From Diadema antillarum (Eukaryota), in contig NW_027271121.1 of the NCBI RefSeq assembly GCF_040938485.1, positions 186,001 through 250,000 of the forward strand: a stretch of DNA of 64,000 bases, given 5' to 3'. Made by a program: the position numbers and the translations under genes. Positions within the stretch are counted from its first letter, which is position 1. Every line of letters begins with the position of its first letter. Shown piece by piece: positions 1 through 11,336 of this stretch. Below the pieces are notes generated by a model. The model was given only the letters and a program-made list of their open reading frames with translations, was not told the DNA's origin and did not search any database.

Positions 1-35
1 GTAGCAAGCACAAGCGGCTGGCTGCGCTGTCAAGA

Positions 36-88
36 TTTCCTTTTCTCTCACGTGTACAACGGTGCATCATCTGCTGTCGCCAGTGTCG
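36..88 (+). promoter_or_regulatory. TCT/5'TOP-like start and probable non-coding exon 1 of EEF1D
   Basis: Pyrimidine tract TTTCCTTTTCTCTC at 36-49, then a possible donor G|GTAAAA at 89. Translation-factor genes typically start at TCT/TOP motifs. Confidence 0.5.
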
Positions 89-382
89 GTAAAATATCGA
101 GTGGATTGATAAAATATGATATTTTATGATGTTTTTATTACACTGTTCAGAGTGGAAGTCAAAGTTTAATAGAAACATACATGTTTGTAGGGAACAATTT
201 GATGTTTTAGTGACATTTCGTAACGAAAATATACTTAGTATTACAGACCGTGCGTACTGCTGGATTTCCCACTGTCACAGGTCGGTGCATGCACGGGCTT
301 GCGGAATGAATGAATGGGATGGTTTTCGGGGGATAGTAACCACCCCACCCAGCACAGATTTACCAAGGAGATACTAGACATA

Positions 383-496
383 GGGGGTGTTGCAAGAAAG
401 TTGCAATTGATTGCAACTCCCCAAAATCTATTGCAAATCCTAAAATCCATTGCAAATTTGCGATCAATTGCAAGTTGACTTTCTTGCAACACCCCC
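383..496. mobile_element. PIF/Harbinger-like MITE, 114 bp
   Basis: TIR GGGGGTGTTGCAAGAAAGT / ACTTTCTTGCAACACCCCC; 3-bp TSD ATA. Confidence 0.75.
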
Positions 497-1397
497 ATAG
501 TCTAGTAAAACTACCAGTGCCCAGGCGAGCACGCCTAGTACCTCCTTGCGACCTTCTGGATTTAAAAGGCCTAGAGATCTACCACTGCCACTACACTCTC
601 ACTCACGGAGTGTCTAAAATAAACAATAAACTCAATAGGAAAGGGAAGTCGGCCTTCCAAAGATTAAAAACGGTTACTTATGACTGTATTGTGGGATGAC
701 AAATGTTTCGGTTCGTTCGTACTGGTATATAATTAGTCTCTATGATGAGTTATGTGTTATTTAACATTGATTAATGTTAATGTAATGTTAGAAGTGAAAG
801 AAGTGAAAAATGAAATTGTCGATTTTTATATTTATAAACCAACAGTACACACAGAGTGAATGGGTTTCACAATTTCTTTTTCTTTTCTTTTTTTTTCTTT
901 TTTTTTTGTTAATATTTCTTTCCTCTCTGGATCTTCTCTGTGGTGTGGGAACTGTATTTCATTTCATCACCCTTATGGTCTTATAGGCGCCAGGCCTACT
1001 TTGTTTCCCATTTGTTGTATTAAAAGGCAATCAAAAATCCAAAATATCTGGATTGTAAGTTTACTGTAGATGAAATATGATAAACTACCACATTTAATAT
1101 GATAATGATTGTTAGTCCAAGAAATGAAAATTCTTATATGTTTTTAGTCTACTGTCGATTATCTGACAACTGGATTAAGAATGAGATTTTATAAACAATA
1201 TAATAGCTAGCTATTTTATGTCAACATAGCGGACTGAACCCTTTAGTATTTTTTATGGAAATGACTTTAGTTGTGGGACTCTGTATAGTTTAGTAAACTG
1301 TAAGTTACCATGTGTTAAAATTTACATCCATCTATAGGCTTTCTCCAGCCATCTTTGTCATCCAGCAAAACAGAGTCACCCCCCTTGACCACACACC

Positions 1398-1511
1398 ATG
1401 GCCCACCCACTGATGCAAGAGTCCATCTGGTTTGACCGCCCCAAGTTTGAGGAGGCCGAGTACAAATACCAGGAGCACGTCGCTGCCCAGCACAGTGGTC
1501 TTGTGGTCCAG
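1398..1511 (+). CDS. EEF1D: EEF1D coding exon 1 ([38 protein letters not shown])
   Basis: ACCATGG start; delta-type N-terminal motif; donor CAG|GTGAGG, phase 0. Confidence 0.93.
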
Positions 1512-4500
1512 GTGAGGAGTGATAGTGGATGTTTTTGGATTTGGGGAAGGCTGGGGATAGCAGCATCCAGGCAGCAGGGATGGCATGACCTTGGATATAC
1601 TGAGTGCAGCATTTGTGTACATCTTCTCTTAGTCTTTTCAGTGTTTGGCAGTGTACAGTGATTCTACCGTGAAGCATATCATTACAGTAATGACAACATC
1701 AACAACAACAAAAAAGAACAAGTGTGCGTCTAGCTGTTGCTGAAGCTTATGCATGCAAAATGATGAAATACTTTACACATAAAGATAACAGCTCAAAAGT
1801 GGTATGTATTTGAATTCTGTTTTACAGCAATTTCATATTAATTGATTAAAGTAGACCATTCTTATCTCATGAAAACTGCAAATTGCCGTAAGTATTGAAC
1901 ATGTGAGATTACCAGCCTTCATAGCAGTAGTCTGAACAATTTGCTGTTTTCATCAGGAAGTACAAAGACACATATCTTCCAAAAACATGCGACAATCCTT
2001 GCCACAATGCTTCAGTGAGCAGCTTGAAAGTCTATCTTATTGCCCTTCCTCTCGAAAGGGACGTAATGCCCATAAAATATGATTTGCAGAGCATACCACT
2101 ATTCTAATGTAATATCAAAACATGATCTTGCATGTCGTTACCTCAGCAGAAACAAACTTGCATGCCTATAATGAGTACAAACACTAATAAACAACTATCA
2201 TAATCTTCTTTTGATTTAATCACTGCAGCATGTTTGTAAATCATCACTTTGTATAAAGACAAATATAAGCTTACTGGGCAGTGACAAGCCAATATTAAAA
2301 GATTCTGCGAAAGTCTTTGTCCTTTAATATCCCATGGGTTTGAATATATCATTAAGTCAACCACAGTGTTGATTTTTATTTTGAGAACAAGCAGACAGAT
2401 TTTGTATAACTTTGGAAGCTGAGAAAGTACATAAACAACCAACAAATTGTGAAATTTCTGTGGAATATTATATGCCAATATATTTCAATTTTGACATTGC
2501 TTTCATTTGAATGAGTAGTTGTACATTGTTGAAAGAATTTAAACAAATGAAAACAAATGAAGGTGGTATTGTGTTTTATCATTTTTGAAAGTATCATGTA
2601 GTCATTTCTAATTGAATCTTTCCATTAGCATTTTCTATGTGTTTTCTCACAGTGAACAAGTTACCATATAACAAGGCATTGTCTAACCATATCCTTAAAA
2701 AAAAAACAATTTGTGTGTGTGTGAGTGGTAGTGTAGGTGTACATCCATGTATGGTTGCATACTAACTTTCTATCCTCCGATGAAAAATAATGCTTTACTA
2801 ATTGCTTTTAACCCCACACTGCTGTTCATACTGACACTGAAGGAAATGTGAAGTTGATTTATTTGTTCCTCTAGTCTATCCGTAAATGAATGACTAACTG
2901 TTCTTGTCCAAGTGTGGATGTCAATCCCTATCTGTGGTCAAGATAGTGACTCTCCCCACAGGTGTTAAACCAGTGGTTGCAACTAGTAGTCTCTTTCATA
3001 GTTTCGCTGCTTTCTTACTTCAAAAAAAAAAAAAAAAAGGAAAGTGTAGTGAGAAAATCATTGTCGATTATGACCTGAAGTAATGCATCTTTTGATGAGA
3101 ATCATCATCTAGTTTAGATGAGCTGAAATTCCTTCATCATGACAGCAATGATGGAGTTGCCAGTACACAAATTATGCTGACCATAACAGCAGGCACATAC
3201 ATGTACAGTATGTGTATGTTGAGTACGTGTATGCCCATGTCATCACACTGGTCTGAGATTAGAAACAGTATTTACTTCATGGGAATGAAAATTCCATAAA
3301 GATCATCAGGAGACTGCCATCTGTGTTTTTTAAAGTCATCAGACAGGTGGAGGCATGATCCAGTGTCTCCTTGCAGTCAGTTCAGTCAGAAAAATTAGGG
3401 ACGGTCGCACTGCAATGTCAAAATGTTCAGTCTATTTTAGTGTTTGGTGTCTGTCTGGATAAATGATGTGGAAGGATAAACATGATAATTTCAAGCATTG
3501 TGCATGAAGGAATTCCCAAGGAAGACAGAATACTTTCTCTTCCACATACAAGGTACATCTGAACATATTTCTCTTTGTAGTGGTGTAGCTGAAGCTCTAG
3601 AGCATGTCCTCATTGATGACCCCGATGAAGATGACAAATTGATTACATGGACATAAAAAAAGATATAGTTGCGACCCTTTAGTTGAAAGACAGTTGGGCA
3701 AAGAAACATGGCACCTTGCAAGGAGTTGTTGCATGACATTTACTGGAGTAGGTTAAATACAAGTATCTCCTGGATGCAAAATAACTTCATCCAAATATTG
3801 TTGTTAATACTGGAGAAGAATTTGTGAGAAAAGGTATCCTTTCTGTATGCATTCAAAGAAGATTGCTATGTGTAATTCAGTCATGCCATTACTGCATAAA
3901 AATATGCGCACCAAGATATTCTATACCATTCTGTAGCTAAACAGAAAAAATTCTTAGATGTTGAAGATTGGATGGATTGTAAGAAGCATTAAAACATCCG
4001 TCCGTCAGGAAATTACAATATTTGAACATATTGACACATTAAAACAGTTTTGGCTGCTTGATAATCATAAAAATACATTCCAAAATGAGATTGAAGTATG
4101 GTCAAGCTGACTGCAAGTTGTTGAAATGATAGATAATGAGCCAAATATCATTCTATGATTCTCGGCATATGCCGATCTACCCTCATTTTTCTCTCTCCTT
4201 TCTTTGTGTGCTTTCTACTCACAGAAAACGGACGGTGCGGCCAGCAATCTGGTTAGCGAAATTGCACGCGCACGTCAGAACATTCAAAACACTTTGAGTG
4301 CTGTGAGTAACTCACACACACTGCATGGCATCTCTTTATGTGTCCATTTGTTTAACACGTAACTGTATGGTGATAGTATCTTACTATGGCAACTGTAGCT
4401 CAAACGTAAAATCCCCAAAATCTGTCATTGTCTTACTCGGTAGTATACCTCAATTTGAATTGTCTTTGCATGCAGTTGGTGAACTTAATGAGTAGTCCAC

Positions 4501-7500
4501 TAGCTTATCAGTTTTTTTACTTTTGAGAAGGGTATAAACCAGAATATTCGTGCTGGGATTCAGATAATGAATTTTTCTTAAAACTGTTTCCATGTTAATC
4601 TGCTCTTAGCAGTCGAGGAAGAAATTTGATACACTACAAATGGAAGAATCAAAAATTTTCCACATTTTGTGTATGAAACATTGGATAGTTGTTTGTCCAA
4701 CAAAAACTAAGTTTGAGAAAAAGCACTGAAAAGGGAACAGATCAGTGAATGGCTCTAAAAGCTGATGAATATCTGATTTTCTGTGAATTGTATTTAATAC
4801 GACATCTGTTTGGCAGCGCCAAAAAGCGAATATAGTCATATGTGACCAGCTACAACAAAAGGATCCGAAAGTCGGGGAGGACAATTTTCTGAAAATGACT
4901 TGACATTATTCCCTTACTCTTCTACTTTAATTACATTTATAGCACAACTCATAAAAGTACTCAGTTGCGGAGATATTGATGATTTCATCGGCGCATGTCA
5001 AGTGGTTTAGGAAATTTAGGAGGTTTAGGAGTTTCGAGAAAAATGCCTTCAAAGTGTTCCTTCCGACACTCTCAAGATCAAGGGGAGGCAAGACGGTTTT
5101 CACCACTTGACAATAAAAGGCATGCTCCTAGCTACCTCTGCGATGTTCATTCAAGCTTAGCACCAGCGGTCTACGCATGACTAATCAGTAATTAGGATGC
5201 TATGCACTGACCAATAAGATCATTTCCTCGTTGCTAGGGGTGGAGTCTAGGGGCAGAATCTAAATCCAAATCTTCGAACACGTTTCTGTTATGTTGAATG
5301 TCGGAAAATCATGGCCCAGAAAAACATGGATTTCTTGCCTTTCCTGTGATCATTTAGATTCGGAATTTCAGCAGATGATAGACAAAACATTAGACTACAA
5401 AATTATACCAAAAACAGAAATCCGATTGTTTTGACCAATTTTGATGATGTGACTTCAAACTCGATTTTCTCGGCTCAGCCGTCAGCGACTTTAGGATCCT
5501 TTTGTTGTAGCGGGTCACATATGACCATGATGGCTCTATAGCCTTACCTGCTTGTGTTGAACATACATCAATAAGACAATGAAGATGAGTCTTGTAAGAG
5601 ATTGTAAATTTAAGAGCAATTTCTTTTATGAAGCCAGTGAGGACTTATCTGTGATGAATTTTTCAGGCATTCAATTGAATGATTTCATTCATGTTTCTCA
5701 TGTATTTCTGTTTTCCTATAAGAATGTTTGTTGGTAGGCACCATGCGAAATAATCGGGGTACTCAGTATGTGAACATTTCCAGCTTTCTGAATCCCTACA
5801 TTTGCCCATATTTCACTGATCTCTTGCTTGGTTTTCAGTGCTCTGTTTCAATTGAGAATTGTCCGATGAATAATTTCCCCTGTAATGCTCTCTACATGGC
5901 ATTATATACAACTGTATATGGAAATTACCCCAGTCTAGAAAAGTTGAGAGTGGTTTCTGTATTATACCTGATTGTAAGCATTGAAGTGATTAGTCTTGAC
6001 ATGTTTGCCCAGTGCCCCCAACCTGTGCTAGTGTTTGTGTAATTTTTCACATGATTAAACAATTTCACTCTTCCCGCCATACCCCTAAGCAGAAAATAAG
6101 GAACTTAAAAAGGGGGGGGGGGGAGGGGGAATGATATCATTTGTTGTCATGTAAATAGTACTTTTTTTTCCCAGACACTCACAAGTGTATCAAAACAAAT
6201 AGGATTTAACTATAATTGATCTTTCAACAAAAGTTTCGCAGGGAAGCCAGAAATATATCTAGAAAGATGTAGAGGTTGGAGTACATTGTTTTTTGTGTTT
6301 TGTTTTTGTTTTGTTCTTTTTTTTGGGGGGGGAGGGGAGTTGAGGTCTCTTTTGAGGGGATGCAATACATTTTTTTAATTCAGCATGTCATGTATGATTT
6401 TGTTTGCATTTTTAAAAAATGCAGAAATAAAACAAACAATGAGTGAAGGGGGGTAGTAGGAGTTAAATTTGAGACGAACAGATTTCTGTATAAATGGGGT
6501 ATATCCTACATGAAATGAAATGAAAAACAGTGTGTTAACAATTAACGTGAACTATTGACCATGCGACCATTTTCAAAGTTGTCCAATATATTACTGATAA
6601 ACCTTAGTTACTTTGATACACCTAAAGTAACATATTTCAATTTTGTTTTTGATTATTTGTTTATGGACCACATACCCCTCTTGATAATGCATGCTCCATT
6701 TGTGTGTTAAATTGACCCCTTTTTTGTTATTTTGCCCCATTGTTTGTACCCATCGGCTATTTGATGGCCATTCCGCTGTGTCCTGTGTTGCCTCATATCG
6801 TTTTCTGCCCAAAGCTACCAAATGTTTCACCCGTTGTCTCCAAGTGAAACCTTGTAATGAGTTATTGATGTTTGTGATCTTAAACTTGTAAAGATTTTTG
6901 TCTCTTGCATGACCTCTGTGTACAGCTTTATAGATACGCAGATTTATGTTAAACGTAATCCATAGTCAGATAAAGCCATTACCTGTGCTTTATATTGATT
7001 TAATATCAATTTGATTGAACAGTTGCAACTGCTAAGTCAGGATAAGTCAAATAATGACCTTAGTTCCGGTTAGGCATCTGTCTTGGTTGAAAATCGTCAG
7101 ATTCTTATGACCAGTAATCTGTATACTTTGCAAAGTTCAAAACAGTGTTCAAATTAATTCTTGTGTTGAATTGTTTCTATTGCAACTGATTGACAAAGTG
7201 CTCTTCATCAATGTAGATTATTCAATGTTTTAGAAGTACGGTAGCCTTGATAAACATGGGCACATGTACTCGAGTTGGACCCGAACCAACTATCTCCCGA
7301 TTACTAGACTGGTGTTGTATCCACTAGACTACCGAGCTTTCCCCTAACAGCCATTGCAAGTATGTACATGTATTCCATGATTCTTATAATGGCTACCTCT
7401 GAAACACTGGATAATCAGCTACATGTATGAAAGGCAGTTTGTCAATCAGTTGCAATTCAATACATTGACTTCCACATTATGCCGTAACCTGCACATGCTT

Positions 7501-10250
7501 GAACATCACTAATACTAGCCCAGACTTTTGTATTTACCTAAATAATAGCAGACACATTTTTACACTGCTCTTGATTTTTGTTGCATTTTGTTGTAACAAA
7601 CTTGTAATGGGCTGATACACTTCAATGTTAGTTGCAATGTAATTCGTCACGGGGCCTACTCCCAGGGCTCTTTATGCTTGGTGGGCTAATGGCCACATTG
7701 TTCAGCATAATCTTAAAAGCTACTGTTGAATAATCCCTTTATGCATAGATTTTATCATTGCAAAATGTTTTCCCTGTGCCATTAATGATAATTTTGTAAC
7801 TCCAAGGAATTTTTGTCCATAATGCGATTAACTCTCGACAAAGCTTCAATGTACCGTATCTGATTAAAAATGTGTCCTGTTTAACCAATATCTTGTCCCA
7901 TTTAAGTGGTATAAATAATGTGTTGGAAATGATAACATGATAAGTGTTCTATCATGGAGATTCTCTTGTTTCTGTGAGCCCTAATGAAACAATGGTGAAT
8001 GTAGTCACTTGAGATTAGATCGGGGTGAATTTTGTACCGAAAAGAGTGTGCATACAATACTTGTTCATGATATGAATTCCTCCACAGTCTAGTGTAATCA
8101 TACAAGTCAATGCGAGTGGGATATATGTCTGACCATGAATTTAGATGGATTTAATTCTGTTATCATCAAATGCTAAAGTACAGTGAAGTTGGAAATTGGG
8201 TAAATCAGTATCTGCATATTCCAAGTATTTTTGTGTGTCAAAGACTGAAGAAATATTGTAGAAACTGAACTGTATCTCCTTGTAAAATCTGAGCATATTG
8301 TTAGAGGGAGGTGCCAATCTTGAAACTGACAGTGAAAATTCTTAGATATGGAAGAGTATAGTGAGAGAAGATATTTGCCTTAGACAACGATTCTTTTGTC
8401 TCTCTCACACAGGGAGTCGGTCTGAGCGTGGGTGTCGGTGTCGACAATGCCGAAGTCCTGGCACGTCTGTCGGCCGTGGAGAAGGAAAACGCTGAACTGA
8501 GACAGAGTGAGTGGCAGCATTATTCATAATGGTTTGGTTATAAGGAAACTACCATAACACATGAAAAGACTACAAATGGCCAGATCTGATTGACCCAGTA
8601 TTCTTGGTGTCATGTATGTGTGTGTATGTGTACAAATGTGTGTGGTTGAATTATTTTATTTGGCCACAGAGGAAGTGACCATAGGACCTATGGCTAGTGA
8701 AATCCTTCAGGAGGACTAGGTAATGAAGAAATGGTGCCAAGGGACACAACCTCCGTTACCCACTTTCTTGAACCAGAAACCTCACATTTGTGAGCCCATG
8801 GTCTTATCAACTGGACCACAGTGGCTCCTATATATCATGATCAAAGTGAAAAACTTTTATTTGAAACGAGAACTAGAAAAGCACTCTGAGAGCGCAGACC
8901 TCTGCCTAGCGTGCAGCTCATTTCCACCACTGATCTTGTTCTTCCATAGATATATCAGTGATTTCCACCCAAGTACTTATAGCATTGTGTGCTGAAAGTC
9001 GCCCCATTTCCCAATATAGAAGCCTTTGTTACGTCATAAACCCTCAGCTGCACTGCGCGCCTCGCCCTAGCAGAAACTAGAGCATGCCCTATAGTGAGCG
9101 CAAGCAATCCTCAAATACGCGCAGCCTGAACTCCCAAGTTCAATGACCCTCCCTACCAAAATATCAAAAATCCTTCATAAATTCACCAAAAATTCTCGGA
9201 TCACTACCAAAAGTTGATCGTTTGTTACTTGTGTCATTCTCAACCTTTCCTGCAAGTTTCATCCCAATCCGTTAACTACTTTTTGAGTTATTTTGCACAC
9301 AGACAAACTAACTAATGACCTAACTAACGAACAAACCAACGGTAACGAAAACATAACCTCCTCCCTTGGCGGAGGTAATAATGGTTACAAGTATCTATAA
9401 TTTCTGATTCCAAGTATTCAAATGCATCGCATAGGTGGAGTTAAATGGACAAGCTTGTTGCCAGATGTTCAGAGGAAAAATATCCCCAAAAATGGATCCA
9501 TCAGTGGACCGACCATTTAATGTGGCATCTACATTGTACATGAGTACCGGAAATCATATTCTCAAGTACCAATGTCCAGTGTCAAGTGTTGGTCAGTCAA
9601 GGTTGTACTCATTCTCATCCATCCCCTCTCTCTCTCCTTCCTCTGTCCAGTCACCTCTGACCTCCAGGCTGCCGTGGCCAAGTTGACGGAAAGACTCAGT
9701 GCCTTGAACACCTCTACCATCCCAGCAAGCAAGCCCTCAGCAGCCGAGGTTGGTCTCAAAGCTGAACGAAAAATTCAGCCAGTTTTTGCTCTTTAGGTTG
9801 TTCTGTTTAGATTTGATTCAAAAGCTGAACTAAGAGACTGAGATCTTCAGTCAGTATTCACAGATCTTTGTAATACTGATACCCAAGATGTGAACAGTGG
9901 CACAGCGAGTAAGGATTTGAGGAATCGCTGCACTTTGCATCCTATGTGAAGTTAAATGCGTAATGAAAGTAAGTCATGCATTTAAGCAGCTTTTGTCAGA
10001 TAAGACATTGTCTGCAGCGCTAGACCATTCATTGCTTTACCTGAAGTACAGATCTAAAAGTGTATGCCCTGTTGTACCGTTTTCTCTTCCCCCAATCTAG
10101 GCAAAACCAGTCCAGAATGGAAAACCAGCTGACAAAGATGATGACGACTTTGATTTGTTTGGTTCAGTAAGTATTTGTTCGTTTGTTCATATGTCTTTGT
10201 GCCCTCGTTTCTAGGAGCGCTATAAAGCGAAGCCATAAGTTTTTATTAAT

Positions 10251-10288
<38 letters not shown>

Positions 10289-11300
10289 CCATTATATTAT
10301 TATATACTTTTTCTGTCATTTACCCAATCATCTGAAAGTGAGAAGGTTGACAACATTTTTATTGAACTTTTAAGGGTGGAGTATGATAGAACAACAAATC
10401 AATTTTAGGAAACCGTCAATTAGGTTGAGGCTATATTCTAAACTTTCCCAATATGATAGCTCAAAAAGCGTTAGTGCATATCAATGGAAGAAAATGTGAC
10501 AAGACATTTTAATAACATTTTTTCAAAAATCCTCTTAAGTTGAGAGGTATGAGATCGAAACCTAACTTTTGATAATCCATTGTTTGTTATACTGCAAACA
10601 GTGTCAGGACAAAAGTGTTTGGGACTTGACATGCTGCTGTAGCATTGACTGATTTGGGATTTAGCAAAATGTAGTGAAGGACGGTAATAAAGGTTGGGTG
10701 AGAGTCTGTACGGAATAGTAATAGATCAAACTACCAGGGATGTGATTCCCGCAACCCTTGTACACAAAAGAGTATCGCAAGGTAGTTGATGGATCATCAA
10801 GGTCTTAGAGAAGAGAAGGGTTTTGTTCTTGCACTGTGCAATTGAAGTTCGGCAGGTCCACATGGATTAATCGTACCACCTTGAAGAGTCAATGTTTGTG
10901 ACAGACGGGAGCATTGCTTAGGTATCTGGTCCTCAGATGGTGACTCAGATGGATGAATAGATACCTAGTTAATTCTGGGGTCTTTTAGCATGACAGGACC
11001 CTCGTGAATCATCCCATACTCTGATAGAAATAGCCTTGCATAAATGAACTTCTACCACTAATCACCCTACTTGTTTTCTTGTTGGTGTTTATCTTGTCAT
11101 GAAGATGATGATGATAATGATGAAGGTGATGATGATGATGATGAAGATGGTGATGGTGTTGATGATGATGATGATGGTATGAACATGGTGATGATGAAGA
11201 TGATGGTGATGATGTTAATGATGATGATGTTAATGATGATGATGAAGATGATGGTGATTATGATAATTATGACGATGAAGATGGTGATGATGAAGATGAT

Positions 11301-11336
<36 letters not shown>

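Noticed and set aside
3038-3134. C/D-like pattern (CTGA, TGATGA, CTGA, AAGGAA/TTCCTT stem)
   Set aside because: No acceptable 5' C box and no recognisable guide
3571-3646. Exon-like segment [24 protein letters not shown] in an EEF1D intron
   Set aside because: Wrong phase for the upstream exon (in phase 0 it stops after 3 codons) and no convincing donor; a poison exon cannot be excluded but is not supported
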